Assembly (NCBI GenBank): GCA_951406725.2
Contig: OX597828.1
Span: forward strand, 14,632,001-14,696,000
DNA: 64,000 nt
DNA from: Octopus vulgaris
Taxonomy: Eukaryota
Reading direction: 5' to 3'
The notes beneath the pieces were generated by a model, which was given only the letters and a program-made list of their open reading frames with translations, ran no database searches and was not told the origin of the DNA. The position numbers were made by a program, and so were the translations under genes. This document shows, one piece after another, positions 27,126 to 41,026 of the stretch. Positions within the stretch are counted from its first letter, which is position 1, and every line of letters begins with the position of its first letter.

Positions 27126-27944
27126 ATTAAGTAAGTCATACATACCCCACCGAAAAAAAATTAAACAACTAAATATTTTTTACTGTCATTAGTGAAATAT
27201 TCAAAATTATTAAAGGTTGAGTAACACTGTGCTTCTGAATTCCTTGACTTTAACCTATTTCTATAATGAAATTTTTGACCGCACAATGATAATAAAAAAA
27301 AAATGGTGTGTTGAGTGAACCTTAAAAATTGTTCTGTACTGTTTACATTTGGCGCAATTTTTCACTTTACTGCACGCAGAAGCATTTGCTATGGTTATAG
27401 AATCTTTTACATTTCGTTCAAAATTTGGATCTTGTGCTTGAAAAATAAAATTCGTAAACCCGGGATCACGTAAAGCAAGTCCTCGTAAAGCGAGGTATTA
27501 CTGTATAATTAGATTATGAGATTTCACTGTCATGGCTTCCAGTCTCTATCGCAATTTACTTACACTTTTTAGGACACTAAACTGCATGTTAACAGCTGTA
27601 TAACCATTCTTTACTAAAGGAAGGTTGTTATTATTACTGTTTGAGTAAACCTACGATGAATGTACGATAACATGATCGCTTACGTATCATTAGTCACGAC
27701 TTTTCGAGATTCCTTCACTCACCTTCGAGTAGGTGGGAAAACAATGTTAATAGAGGATACAATTTCTGACCAAAGAAATAAGTTTCTTACCATAATAGGC
27801 CAAAGAAGGAACATTCCAACCAGTTGATAAATTTCAAAACTCTGGTCACGGTGACCCAGGGGATAAATTAGTCCACCACACAAACGGCAATCATTCACTA
27901 ACTCCAAAAAAACTGAATTTGTTGGTATTATTTCCCTTGTTCTT

Positions 27945-28075
27945 CCGTCGAGGTCGACTTTGCCTTTCATCCTTTCGGGGTCGATAAAATTAAGCACCAT
28001 TTACGCACTGGGGTCGATCTCATCGACTGGCCCCCTCCCCCAAAATTTCGGGCCTTTTGCCTAGAGTAGAAAAGA
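27945..28075 (+). mobile_element. 5'-truncated SINE family A with target-site duplication
   Basis: Core present; flanks ATTATTTCCCTTGTTCTT and ATTATTTCACTTGTTCTT. Confidence 0.8.
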
Positions 28076-28518
28076 TTATTTCACTTGTTCTTAGCGTTAT
28101 TTTAAAATTTTAAACGCTCAAAAAGATTTAGTGTACAGATTGCTTCGATAAAGTCAGCCGATCGATGCCTTTCAGCTCAATATATATTACCTGAGTGAGA
28201 CCTTACTATGTTTAACGATTCATTGATTTCTAAATTTGATTTGAAATAAGAATATAAAATTATTTAATAAATGTTGCAAGACGTGGCCTTTTGTCCGATG
28301 CCACGCCAATGTCCAAATTTTCCCGCCCTACAAATTTCTGATTTAAGCTGAAAGTTACGCATTTGGTGGGGGGGGTGTCTATAAGGCGAATGTTAATATG
28401 TATACATACAGAGAGAGAGATAGATAGTGACATGTTCATGCAAATGTTTGTGTATAAGTTTGTGTGTATGTATGTGTAAGCGTATATATCTATTTATCAA
28501 TCTAAAGACAGACAGACA

Positions 28519-28555
<37 letters not shown>

Positions 28556-28665
28556 ATACACTGACAATATCCCCATTGAGCATCCCTTTGATTTTCATTG
28601 CTTTTCTTTGGTTTTTGAATTCCACATTCGTCATAGATTTACCTATATATATATACCTACATACA

Positions 28666-28723
<58 letters not shown>

Positions 28724-28886
28724 CATATGTGTGTGTGTATGTATGTATGCATGTGTGTATGTATACATGTACATAAACACACACACATGTATGTATGTAT
28801 GTATGTATGCATGCATGTGTGTATACGTAGCCAGGGCATTGTCGGCCAGTCTGCCTCCACCAATTCTAGTATTCACTGTCTCTGAT

Positions 28887-29057
28887 ATAAATAGTTCCAT
28901 CTGAAAACAGAAATGCCGTTATTATACTATTTTTTTCTACTCTTATCAACAGCATAATCGTTTAATTCATCTGCTTTAACTCTTCTCCTCTCGCCGCATC
29001 TTGGCTTTAATCTTGGTTTTTGTCTGTCTGGGTGGGTGTGCGCATATATATATATGT

Positions 29058-29111
<54 letters not shown>

Positions 29112-29117
29112 GTATAC

Positions 29118-29164
<47 letters not shown>

Positions 29165-29166
29165 TG

Positions 29167-29205
<39 letters not shown>

Positions 29206-29237
29206 TCATACACACACACATATATATATATACATAC

Positions 29238-29276
<39 letters not shown>

Positions 29277-29450
29277 ATACATACTCATGTATGCAAACAA
29301 CATATATATACATATGTATATATATGTGTGTGTATATATATATATATATACGTGTGGGTGTGGGTGTGCGTGCGTGTGTGCGTGTGTCTGCGTACATGTT
29401 AGCGTGTTTATTTATAACTTACCGCACTCTTCAACTTACTCCTCTCGAAA
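28887..29450. repeat. Unclassified dispersed repeat with internal microsatellite; second copy at 33358-33545
   Basis: Both copies share ATAAATAGTTCCATCT...TTTCTACTCTTATCAA...CTTTAACTCT and TTTATTTATAACT(T/C)ACCG.ACTCTTCA. Confidence 0.7.
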
Positions 29451-29510
29451 AAAACGTAACCATGACAATAATAATTATTATTATTAGTGTTGTTGTTGTT
29501 GTTGTTGTTT

Positions 29511-29542
<32 letters not shown>

Positions 29543-29559
29543 AGTTCTTTATTAGCCAC

Positions 29560-30080
29560 AAGAGACGACGAGGACAATACAAAAGACAGGATATAACAAA
29601 ATGAGCGGGGAGCCTACAAAAAAAGCTAAAGGATAGAAAAATTCATGTAAAACGAACGTAACAAAAACAAAAGTTAACAAAAAAATATATCAAGAAAAAT
29701 TCCCAAAAGGCGGGAAATGGTCCCTAGGGACAGTCAAGGGACATCTTACAACCTGATCACCCGGGGCAAGCGCCATCCTCCAAATGTAATTTTCTAGTTT
29801 AAAGCGCATGTTCAGGGTGGACCCTCTATTCTTGAAAACATATTCGTCATTCTGTTACACCTTTCAGCAAATTTATTAGGTAACAGCATTTCCCCCCTAC
29901 CTTCGACTTCCTCATCTAAGAGGAGTGGTCGTAAAGTAAAGTAATATCTGATCTCTCTTCGGCCCCTCTTAGTCACGTTCACCGTAGAACCTGACTCGCA
30001 GTAAAGAGAAGAAAAACTATCTGCCCTTCCCGGCCAAACAGAAGGCGGTGAGTGATCTTTACAATGAACTTAGCCATTGG
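29560..30080 (-). mobile_element. Possible Tx1/L1-type LINE 3' remnant with (AAC)n tail
   Basis: Weak translated resemblance (LLPNKFAERCNRMTNM...STLNMR) and an adjacent simple-repeat tail; recognised from memory only. Confidence 0.4.
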
Positions 30081-30084
30081 ACGA

Positions 30085-30545
30085 AATAATGGAAACAGCT
30101 TAAAATTTCAAACAAATATATTTTAATATGGGGTAGGACCGCCTTTAGCAGTAATTACAAAGTTTCCAAAGGAATTTTTGTCCATTCTTCACCTAAAGCA
30201 GTCTGCAGTTCTTGTAGTGATGATGGTTGAGGATATCGACTCCTTACTTGTTTTTCTAAAATGTACCATAAATGTTCAATAATACTGAGATCTGGCGGAT
30301 TGTGGTGGCCAGATAAGATGTTCAACTTCACTAGAATGTTCCTCGTGCCATTCACTAACAACTTTGGCTGTGTGAATTGATGCATTATCATCCTGAAAGA
30401 TTATGTTTCCCTCCGGAAACTGTTTCGCAACCATAGGATGAATTTGATCAGATAAAATGCTTAAATAGTCTTGACTATTAATTCTGCCATGAAGGGGAAC
30501 CATTGGGACGGCGGATTTCCAAGATATAGCCTCCCTGATCATCAC
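30085..30545 (-). pseudogene. Tc1 (DD34E) transposase remnant
   Basis: GRINSQDYLSIL...IIFQDDNASIHTAK...LIWPPQS/PDLSIIEHLWYILEK with a frameshift. Confidence 0.9.
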
Positions 30546-31186
30546 ACACGTACCTATATATATTATATGCGTGTGAGTGAAAGAGAGATAGAGAGGGAGA
30601 GAGATAGATAGATAAAGTGTGCGTGTATTCAAAATTGAAGGATCAGAGCATCTAAAATCCGTAATCAGTCTCTCTTCAGGTGATATACCCTCCTCTTCCA
30701 CTTCCAAACAGCATCTGAAACAAAAAGCATCGATCCTTTACAGCCAAACCATACACGCCACCTTCGCACACCTATAAAATGTACTAGAGAGGTACTACAC
30801 TTCTCTTTTCATCTTCAGATTCTATTCTAAATAGGATAGGCAGAAGTTGATGAAGTCTGGTCAGGAAGGGAAAAAACATCTCTTTGTAGTTCTCCAGCTT
30901 TGCCATTCATGCGACCACCATGAGAAAGAAACAATACTTCATCCTCTTTATCAATGGAATTGCCATACTGCTTCATCGGTCCTATACTAAACGACTACAG
31001 ATTGACATAATCACTTTAGTCAGCAATCTGTTAACTTTAGTCTAGGGAAAACGTTTATCTCTCACAGTTAAAATGCTGGTTGGCTTGGTTTCTTCACGTA
31101 TCCTTGATCCACCAGATCGGAAATAAGAGCTCATTAGAATAACTTGTTTGAAATAAGCTTTTGGGTCGATTTGGTTAGCTAAGCCA

Positions 31187-31245
31187 TTCGTGCACCGCCG
31201 TTCGTGCACCGCCGTTCGTGCACCGCCGTTCGTGCACCGCCGTTC
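31187..31245. repeat. 14-bp tandem repeat (TTCGTGCACCGCCG) x4
   Basis: Four perfect units. Confidence 0.95.
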
Positions 31246-31849
31246 AACGTCTGAGACCAGCTCAGGGATTTAGATATCGATGCCGAGAGCATTCTCTCTT
31301 CTTTCCAAAGCAAGCACTCTTTAGAATGGAATGAGTGTATTTTCCACCAACTGCACACTACCCAATTAACATAATGCTGTTAGGGCCTGCCAAGCTCTCG
31401 TCTCTCTTTACGCTTGACCCAGTTTTACAGAACAGTTAAAGAGATGAGTTCGTCTGACTGACATTACGACTACACCTGCCTACTGTTCAAGATACTTTGT
31501 AAATAAAGTATGTTGAAGATTCATTAATCATAACATCCGAAAATGTCTTCAGGGCGACTGTAGGCAACAGATGTTCTTCTAACAAAAATATATAAATAAG
31601 TAAATAATGTAAGCACTCGCCACTTGTGCTCGGTCTGTAAGGGATAACTTTCTCCTAGGCCGTTTCTGAGTGCATTGAGCCATTTTGTTGTCATTTCTTC
31701 TCAGTCTAGCTCCCTCTGGAGATACAAACCAAGCCAAACCTCGAGCATTTTAACTGGTCCTTTAATCAGGGAACAAAGACTGTTGCCGGAGAGCCTATGT
31801 CGAGGGAATTCTTATATAAGGCATTCGACTTTGCTAAAACCTATACAGA

Positions 31850-32490
31850 TAGGTACAAGTGTGGCTGCGTGTAAAGAAGTTTGCTTCCTAATCGCATTGT
31901 TCTGGGTTCAGTCTCCCTGTGTGGCACCTTGGACAAATGTCTTTTATTATAGCCTGGGGTCGACCAAAGCCCTGTGAGTAGATTTGGTAGACGTCGTGTG
32001 TGTGTGTGTGGTGGAGTGTCTTTACGTTTGTTATTTCTTTACTGCCCACAAGGGGCTACACACAAAGGAGACAAACAAGGACAGACAAACGGATTAAGTA
32101 GATTATATCGATCCCAGTGTGTAACTGGTACTTATTTTATCGACCTCCGAAAGGATGAAAGGCAAAGTCGACCTCGGCGGAATTTGTACTCAGAACATAA
32201 CGGCAGACGAAATACCGCTAAGCATTTCGCCCGGCGTGCTTACGATTCTGCCAGCTCACCGCCTTCCTTACGTTTGTGTTTGTCCTCCAGCCGCGTTTGA
32301 CAACTGCTAAGCTACGGTGTGTTTACGTGCCCATAGCATAGCAGTTCGGTAAAAGATACCGATAGAATAAGTACCAGGCTTAACAAAAAGAAAAGTCCTG
32401 GAGTCGATTTATTTGATTAAAAATTCCTGAAAGCCCTGCACCAGCACGGCCGAAGTCTAATGACTGAAACTAGTAAAAGAATAAAAGATT
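31850..32490 (+). mobile_element. SINE family B with nested antisense SINE family A (32030-32265)
   Basis: Family B head and tail interrupted by a full family A copy; TTACGTTTG duplicated at the junctions. Confidence 0.8.
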
Positions 32491-32589
32491 AGTGACAGGG
32501 ACAAAGATATAATTATGAATGCCAGGAAATCCCTGATTGACAATGGGTCAACCTGGGCCAAACAAACGAACACAAATGACGGTTTTGAT

Positions 32590-32765
32590 ACGTCAAAGGG
32601 GCGTAATATAGATAGGTTCAGTAAGAACTGAACTATAACCTCAATTCCCTTATGATTATCATTGATACAAAACCTATCAATAGTTAACTTTTTAGATGTT
32701 ACCTTAGATCTAGATTAGTTCTTATAAATCCTTCTACAAGCCGGAACAAATACTACAAAAGTCTT
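32590..32765 (+). pseudogene. Degenerate PLE RT fragment
   Basis: Translates to GRNIDRFSK...IIIDT/IVNFLDVTLDL/YKSFYKP, typical of the PLE RT motif 6-7 region. Confidence 0.6.
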
Positions 32766-32782
32766 TCTTGCGTTCAAACGAT

Positions 32783-33112
32783 TCTGCTAATCTGCTGTCG
32801 TCTGCTAATCTGCTGTCGTTTGCTAATCTGCTGTCGTCTGCCAATCTGCTGTCGTCTGCTAATCTGCTGTCGTCTGCCAATCTACTGTTGTCTGCTAATC
32901 TGCTGTCGTCTGCTAATCTGCTGTCGTCTGCTAATCTGCTGACATCTGCTAATCTGCTGTCGTCTGCCAATCTGCTGTCGTCTGCTAATCTGCTGTCGTC
33001 TGCTAATCTGCTGTCGTCTGCTAATCTGCTGTCGTCTGCTAATCTGCTGTCGTCTGCTAATCTGCTGTCGTCTGCTAATCTGCTGTCGTCTGTCAATCTG
33101 CTGTCGTCTGCT
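32783..33112. repeat. 18-bp minisatellite (TCTGCTAATCTGCTGTCG), about 18 units
   Basis: Direct inspection; explains the ADDSRL and SANLLS pseudo-ORFs. Confidence 0.95.
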
Positions 33113-33788
33113 TCCTCTTTATAAACGTTTCTAACATAGGGCATGAAACTTTGGATGAGGGATTAGTCAATTACGTCAATCCCGTTCTTGACTGCTACCT
33201 AATTTAATCAACTCCTGGAAGAATGAAAGACAAAGTTGACCTCGTTGGGACTAGAACTAAGATCAGAAAAGGATGGAACTCTAATAATAATGCAATGGCA
33301 TTTTTTGTCTGATACCAGCACAAGTTCTTTGCCTATGTCTTCCTTCTCCTCATAATAATATAAATAGTTCCATCTATAAACAGAAATACTATTATTTTCT
33401 TTCTACTCTTATCAAATATATTCGTTAATTCTACTTTAACTCTGCCTCTCTCGTCTCCATGTCTTATCTTCCTTGTATTTATGTGCTTGTGTGTAATTTA
33501 TTTATAACTCACCGTACTCTTCAGCTTCTCGCTAATTTTTTCTCTTTTTAAAAAAAAAAATTCATAATAATAATAATAATAATGATGGTGATGATGATGA
33601 TGATGATGATGATGATGGTGATGGTGGTGGTGGTGGTCGTCGTGGTGATGACGATGACGATAATTAAGTACCGAATGCACATATATAAACAGATAGTTGA
33701 CTTCGTTAAGTAAAAACACAGCTTCTAACTAACCCATGTAGTCCTGTCGACAACGAACCGACTGTGCATACTAGAACTGCTGCTGCTG

Positions 33789-33834
<46 letters not shown>

Positions 33835-34020
33835 CACAACCACCCTACCACCACCAAAATTACCTAGTAGTAGTAGTATTAATTCTTGTTTTGTTAACAA
33901 CCAACTCTGCCCTCAACACCACCAGCCCTCTTTCTCTCACTCGTGTATGTGTGTGTGTGTGTGTGTGTGTCTGTGTATGTGTATAGATAGATAGCTAGAC
34001 AGACAGACAGACAGACAGAC

Positions 34021-34107
<87 letters not shown>

Positions 34108-34113
34108 TAAATT

Positions 34114-34159
<46 letters not shown>

Positions 34160-34167
34160 TAGATAGG

Positions 34168-34199
<32 letters not shown>

Positions 34200-34311
34200 C
34201 AAATAGATAGATAGATAGAAGTATATTGTATTTGTACGTGTACATGTATGTATGTATTCGACATATACGTATATATCTGTGTTTGTGTATATATTTATGT
34301 GTATATACACT

Positions 34312-34343
<32 letters not shown>

Positions 34344-35597
34344 TATATACATGTATACATGAATGTATCCATATACACACATTTATATACATATGTGTGT
34401 GTGTGCATGCATGTATGTATGTATGTATTTACTTCACCCTTTCGCTTTTCTCTCTTTCTTTCTTTTTCTTTTTCTTCATTTATTTTGTTGAGAGTTTTCG
34501 TTATCAGGTATCTCTGTTCCTCACCATTTTAGGTGCGTCGCTCACTCGATAGACCTCGCCATTACGGTATTGCTTCCTTCTTTCCGTCTATTTACTCCAT
34601 GCAATATCAACATTCCTAGAAGACATCGACTTCCTGGAGAGAACGAATGAGAGTGATAGAGAGAGGGGTACAAAGAGAGAGAAAAAGAGAGTGAGAAAGA
34701 AAGAAAGAAAGAAAGAAAGAATGAATGAAGGAAGTAAGGAAGGAAAGAATGAGTGTGGGTGTATGTATGTGTGTGTGTGTGAGAAGATGAAAGGAGGAGG
34801 AGGGGAGAGAAAGAATGAATTACACTCTTGTTAGATTACTTATCTTACAAGAAGGAGCAATCTGCTCGTCTCGCCCGATCTTTTAAAGTGCTGTCAGTGA
34901 GAACATGAGATTTATTAACTCGAGACTTTGACGAGTAACAGACGATAGACGGTATTATACCACCATGTATGTGTGTGTGTATGTGTGTGTGTGATAAAAT
35001 ATTTGTTACTCAGACTCCATACAGGTGTCGTCGGAAAGAAGGTGTCAGAAAGCTCGTTATCCCAGCAATGTTTAGTTAGAATCACCGAGTTAAAATGGTC
35101 TTATATAGGTGTTTGCTATGCATACTGTATCGATCAAACTGTCTCTGGTCATTATGCACTTCGCATTATTCTAGCTTTCGAATTATGCCACCTTGCTGGC
35201 TAGGTGAGCAGGCCAATATTCACACTGATCGGAAGGCTAAACCGTTGCAGGGTCACCCATTTAACTGCTGAGTGGACTGGAGCAATGTGAAATGAGGTGT
35301 TTTGGTTCAAGAACACAACGTGCAGTCGGTCTAAGAATCGAAACCACAATGTCGTGATCGTGAATGTAACATCCCTAACCACTAGGCCACACGCCTTGAC
35401 ATTTGGTATATAAATTCACATAGTAAATAATTGAGAGTCACCTATACATACATAGATATTTGATGCATAAATTAACGTGTAGATATTTGGCCATCATACT
35501 ATAAGAGAGACAAACAGACAGAGACATACATACATACATACATACATACATACATACATACATACATACATACATACATACATACATGCAGACAGTC

Positions 35598-35673
<76 letters not shown>

Positions 35674-35706
35674 GGATAGATGGATGGATGGATGGATGGA
35701 TGGATG

Positions 35707-35780
<74 letters not shown>

Positions 35781-35985
35781 CAAACAGACAGATACCGAGA
35801 GAAAGGAGGCAAGGATCGAAACTGTGCTATGACTGACACTTTGTCTACTAAACCCCAAAAGGATTACAGATAAAGGGAATCCTGGTGGGATTTGAACTCA
35901 GAGAGCCAAAGCAAGTACCGCAACATAGTCTATGCGATGCGCAAACGATTCTGCCAATTTGCCGCGTTATAGTGTTAGACATGAA

Positions 35986-36302
35986 GGCGCGTGGCTAAGT
36001 GGTTAGAGCATTTGGCTTACGATCGTAAGGCCGTGAGTTCAATTCCCGGCGACGCGTTGTGTCCTTGAGCAAGACACTTTATTTCATGTTGCTCCAATCC
36101 ACTCAGCTGGCAAAAATGAGTAGTACCTGTAGTTCAAAGGGCCAGCCTTATTACACTCTGTGTCACGCTGAATCTCCCTGAGAACCACGTTAAGGGTCCA
36201 CGTGTCTGTGGAGTGCTCAGCCACTTGCACGTTAATTTCACGAGCAAGCTGTTCCGTTGATCGTATCAGCTGGGACCCTCGTCGTCGTAACCGACGGAGT
36301 GC
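35986..36302 (+). mobile_element. SINE family C, full length
   Basis: GGCGCGTGGCTAAGTGGTTAGAG...GAGTTCAATTCCC...TTGTGTCCTTGAGCAAGACAC; flanks TTATAGTGTTAGA and TTATTAGTGTTAGA resemble a TSD. Confidence 0.85.
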
Positions 36303-36805
36303 TCTTATTATTAGTGTTAGATATGCAATGGTCGACGAAAAAGAAACGGGATAGTCATGGCTAGAACGCTTCCCCCGTAGAATGTACATATTTAGGTAAA
36401 AGACACCTAGTGGCGACCGGAGATGAAGCCGAACTAAACGTTCTACAGATGTGACTATGTAATCAATGTTTCGCAGGAGTGGCTGGGTGGAAAGAAGCTT
36501 GCTTTCCAACCACATAGTTTCAAGTTCAGTCCCACTGCGTGGCACCTTGGACAAGTGCCCTCTACTATAGCCTCGGTGCAACCAAAGACACCAACATTTT
36601 TAAAGCTTATCTGTAAAGCTTATCACGGTAAAGCTTATCTAAAGCAGAACCAGAAATCCTTGGATCTTGAATTATTCAATAATTTTTGCTTGTATGTTTT
36701 GTCCCTCCGCTTTACCTCATGGTGCGATATGAACATTTAACGTGGTTTTATAGTCAGAGTTTCGACTGCTATTTCGGCATGTTGGTGTCTTTTAGACACC
36801 CTCAT

Positions 36806-36868
<63 letters not shown>

Positions 36869-37363
36869 TATACATATATATATACATATATATATATACA
36901 TATACAGTATTACAGTATATGTGAGTGAGTGAGTGTCCTTGTGACTGTGTTTCTCTCGCTACCGCTTGACAAGCGGTGTTGGTGTGTTTACGTCCCCGTT
37001 ATCTAGCGGTTCAGCAGAAGTGCCTGGCTTAAAAAAATTGTAAGATTCGTTCAACTAAAATTCTTCTAGCGGTGCCCCAGCATGGCCACAGTCTAATGAC
37101 TGATACAAATAAAAGGTAAAAGGTAAAAAGACAAGGTTTTTCAAAGGGCAGTGACTTGGCAGAAGTGTTAAGGCGTCGGATGAAGTATGGTATTTATTCC
37201 AGCGTGCTACGTTCTGAGTTCAATTCCTGTCCAGATAAACTTTGTTTTTCATCCTTCCGGTGTCGACAAAGAAATTTTTTAAAATAACAAAAATACCATC
37301 CTAAACCCTTATAAAATTACTATTTTTAAATCTCAAAACAATAGATATTCAGCAACAGTACTT

Positions 37364-37621
37364 TGTAGTAAAGCTTGTTTGCAAACATAACATGGTAGTC
37401 CTGGTTTAGGAAGAATGTTGCTGTAATTTAGCCCCAGGAGACGTCGTCTCCAGCTTGCTATACGACACGATCTGTGTCCTTATACTTTCCCTTGTTCGAA
37501 AATATAGAGACGCAGATCCTGTCGTATAGCTAGCTGGATACGATGTCTCCTGGGGCTAAATTACAGCAACATTCGTTCTAAACCAGGACTGCCATGTTAT
37601 GTTGGCAAACAATCTTTACTA
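37364..37621. mobile_element. Palindromic MITE
   Basis: About 110-bp terminal inverted repeats TAGTAAAG.TTGTTTGC.AACATAACATGG... with a short spacer. Confidence 0.8.
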
Positions 37622-37719
37622 CATCCTAAAGCCATGAAGTCGTTTGATGCTCATTCTTGTTTTTGATGGTATAACGGGAAGAGAGCGTAGGGTTGGAGAT
37701 ATGTTGTTGGAGAGTAGAT

Positions 37720-37973
37720 GGTCTTGAGAACGAATATAGATGGGCTGGCCACATTTCCCGACGGAAGGTCAACAGATGGACAATCAGGGTGACGGAATAC
37801 ACACCAAAACAACGAACAAGATCAAGAGGCCGACCAAAGACAAGATGGCGAGATGATCTCACTCGCTACATGGGGCCTACATTGCTACAACTGACCAGAG
37901 ATAGACAGCGGTGGAAGGAGTTCAAGATGGGATTCCGCCTTCAGGAATGATGAAACCCTGGAAATGAAGTGAA
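37720..37973 (+). pseudogene. RTE-clade LINE 3' fragment
   Basis: YRWAGHISRRKVNRWTIRVTEYTP...RSRGRPKTRWRDDL...RDRQRWK. Confidence 0.85.
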
Positions 37974-38519
37974 GAACCGCAAAGAGAGAGAATCGTTAGA
38001 TCGTGTACGAAATGCCTTGCGGTATTTGTTATGGCTCTTTCAGCTCGGAGTTAAAATCCCGGCGCAGGTTATTTGAGGTGGTTGACCTAACCCGCCGCTC
38101 GATTTAACACCACCAACTTGCCCTTCGGTTCCTCTAGCAGTGTTACAAATATTCCAGCTTGAGGATAGCTTCTTCCCTTGCTCACAAAAAAGTCTCGGAG
38201 GCTCGGAAGACCTTTAAAACGACATCGATACTGCTTACTTCTAACCAAAAGGATAATGAATATAATCTTTCAAAGTTTGGCTTCAGGGAGAGGGGTTAAT
38301 TCGATTATATCGACACCAGTTTTCAATTGCTACTTATTTTATCGGCCTTGTAAGGGGAAAGGCATAGTCGACTTAGCGGAATTTGAACTCAGAGCATAAA
38401 GACAGATGAAATACCGCTAAGCATTTTACCTGGAATACTAATGATTCAGCCAGTTCGCCACCTTAATGAGTGGATAGTATGTCTTCTGGGTAGTTCATAC
38501 TCTCCACTCCAATTAGGAA

Positions 38520-39330
38520 GAGGAGAGAGGACGAAACCCATAAACTGACCACAGTCTGTCTACTCTATATCAAAAGCCTCTCGGAAAAGGTACAAAAAAT
38601 ATGCGGTCCAAATGGCATCAGGGATGTATTCAGGAGTAATACAATACATCTCAAATATCTCCTCCAGGTAAAAACCACCCATAGAAGATAATAAGACCAA
38701 AAACTGCGTGTACTCCATCCCATGCAGTTGCGGTAGGGTGTCTCCCCCTTAAAATAAGAGTAAAGGAACATCATAAAGCTGTGATACGAGGGGATATTGA
38801 AAAATCGGGTACAGCCGATCATGTATGGAGAAACGGAGACCATCTTCCCCTGTGGGATGAAGTTAAAATAATAGACAGAGAACGCCACTGGAAAATACGA
38901 AAATTAAAAGAGGCAGCATATATGCTAGGTCACAATAACCTCCTAAGTAGATCTAGTGCAGATATGAATGTAATATGGGAATTAAGAAAAGATAAAATAT
39001 TAGGTTTATAAGCTCAAAAATTAACTCTATAATTGCCCACGGTCTTATAGTGTAGTGGATAAGAGCGTGGGCTACAGACCCTCGGGTTCTGAATTCAATC
39101 TCAAGCAGGAACTTGAGAAATAAAATCAACAAAAAATAACATCAGCAAAAAAGAATACCTTAGGAATGAGAACAGAGTACCCCATTGGTCAAATAAAGGG
39201 TTGGGTTCGAAATTCCACCAGAACACCTGATGAAGGCTGGAAAGTACATCAGCCGAAACATTGTGGCAGCAACAAACAATGTGAGGGCACCTATCCGTCC
39301 ATTGAAAATTATATATTATTTCTAATATTT
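38520..39330 (+). mobile_element. Decayed Penelope/Poseidon-type PLE 3' portion (linker, GIY-YIG, 3' terminal repeat)
   Basis: YIKSLSEKVQKIC...NCVYSIPCSC...IRGDIEKSGTADHVW...WDEVKIIDRERHWKIRKLKEA, followed by a tRNA-like segment and a hammerhead. Confidence 0.85.
39224..39265 (+). ncRNA. Minimal hammerhead ribozyme (one stem III substitution)
   Basis: CAC-CTGATGA-A-GGCTG(gaaagtacat)CAGCC-GAAAC-ATT-GTG. Confidence 0.75.
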
Positions 39331-39620
39331 CGTGAGTATGATTGCCCCCCATTTTGCTTTCCCAAGCGGCAGTTTTTCATGCTCGATTTCAGATGAGCCA
39401 TACAAGATTTGTATCCCCGCTCAATTACTGTAATAATTTATGTTTAATATAGATGTATTTTAGTACTTTTTAATGTTATATTAATTTAATATTTATAAGA
39501 GAAAGGGCAATGGGAAAATTACTTGCTTTAATGAGAAATTTGAGCATGTTTTCATTTTGCCAAGTTTTTAATGGTTGGCGTTAAATTAGTTACCGAGAGC
39601 AACATATACATATATATATA

Positions 39621-39667
<47 letters not shown>

Positions 39668-40837
39668 CATCAAATTTGAATCAGTTAATCGCGACCTCGC
39701 TTTGGATTTTATCACTTTTATGGATGATAATGTATTTTCACATCTGTACGTTCCTCCGAAATGCAATATGTAATTCTGGATAAATTTTCTTACTTCTCAA
39801 AAATGTTCAGTGAGTAATGATCACTAAAAATTACTCATGTCGACAGCATTTGTAACTGAAGGACGCTCATCAAATTTCATTACGCTTTCAAGCTAAGTTC
39901 TATCCAATGTTTCTATGCATTCTCGTGGCTTTATTGTTCATTAAGTACAAATATGATTAGGAATACGAGTATTCAGTCTTCTTTAGTAAAATCACACATA
40001 ACGACTTTCAAATGAGTTTCTTTCTTTTTTTTTTCTTTTTTTTGGGGGGGAATAACCTGATTTCTTTCAGTATAATCAACATATTTTTTTGTAAAATTGC
40101 CATTTTCCTAGGCACGTTTATTCCGCTCTTTTAAGTGTGAAAACTAGTTTAAATTCTCATTTGCAAACTGATAGATGAACATTTCAAATTTCAGCTTGAA
40201 TGCATTGATATCATTTAGCAAGCTTGAAAACAATTTGTTCTTGTCTTGTAGTTTCTTATTTAGATCATTGAGATGGCTGGTTATATCAGCTAAAGATGGT
40301 AAATCAAATAGCTAATTGTTCTGACATAAACGGATTCTTTCTTCGCGAAAATCTAACCAGAACTAGTCCTCTAGAAAGCCAGCGCAACTCACCATGGAGG
40401 TCATGATCGCTACATTCCATTTTGTAATGTTCTCCAAATTCTTGTTTATTTAACGTCCTTGTTCTAATTCTATTCACGTATCTCACAACCATTACTATAA
40501 TATCACATAATAACTTTTTGGCATATAACGCAGTGATATTTTAGTAAAAGTTCTCAAATTCTTTCACTGAACATGAGAGTCCAAACGCTTTTGCAAACCA
40601 ACGACGAAGCTTTTTCAGTATATTAAAATTTACTTATAAATCTATCTTGCGAAGATTTTATTTCGTTAAGCTTGCTTCCCAACCACATGGTTCCGGGTTC
40701 TTCCACAATAACAACGGGCCGAACAAAGCCTTGTGAGCGGATTTGGTAGACGGAAGCTGAAAGAAACACGTCGTGTGTGTATATATATATGTGTGTGTGT
40801 GTGTGTATGTATGTTCAAATCACAAATAAGACTTAAG

Positions 40838-40868
<31 letters not shown>

Positions 40869-40887
40869 GTATATATATATGTATATA

Positions 40888-40992
<105 letters not shown>

Positions 40993-41026
40993 TAGATATA
41001 GATATATAGATATATATAAATATATA

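Noticed and set aside
32734-33144. ORF with ADDSRL repeats; also considered as a CRISPR-like array
   Set aside because: It is an 18-bp minisatellite with no unique spacers, no cas genes and a eukaryotic context.
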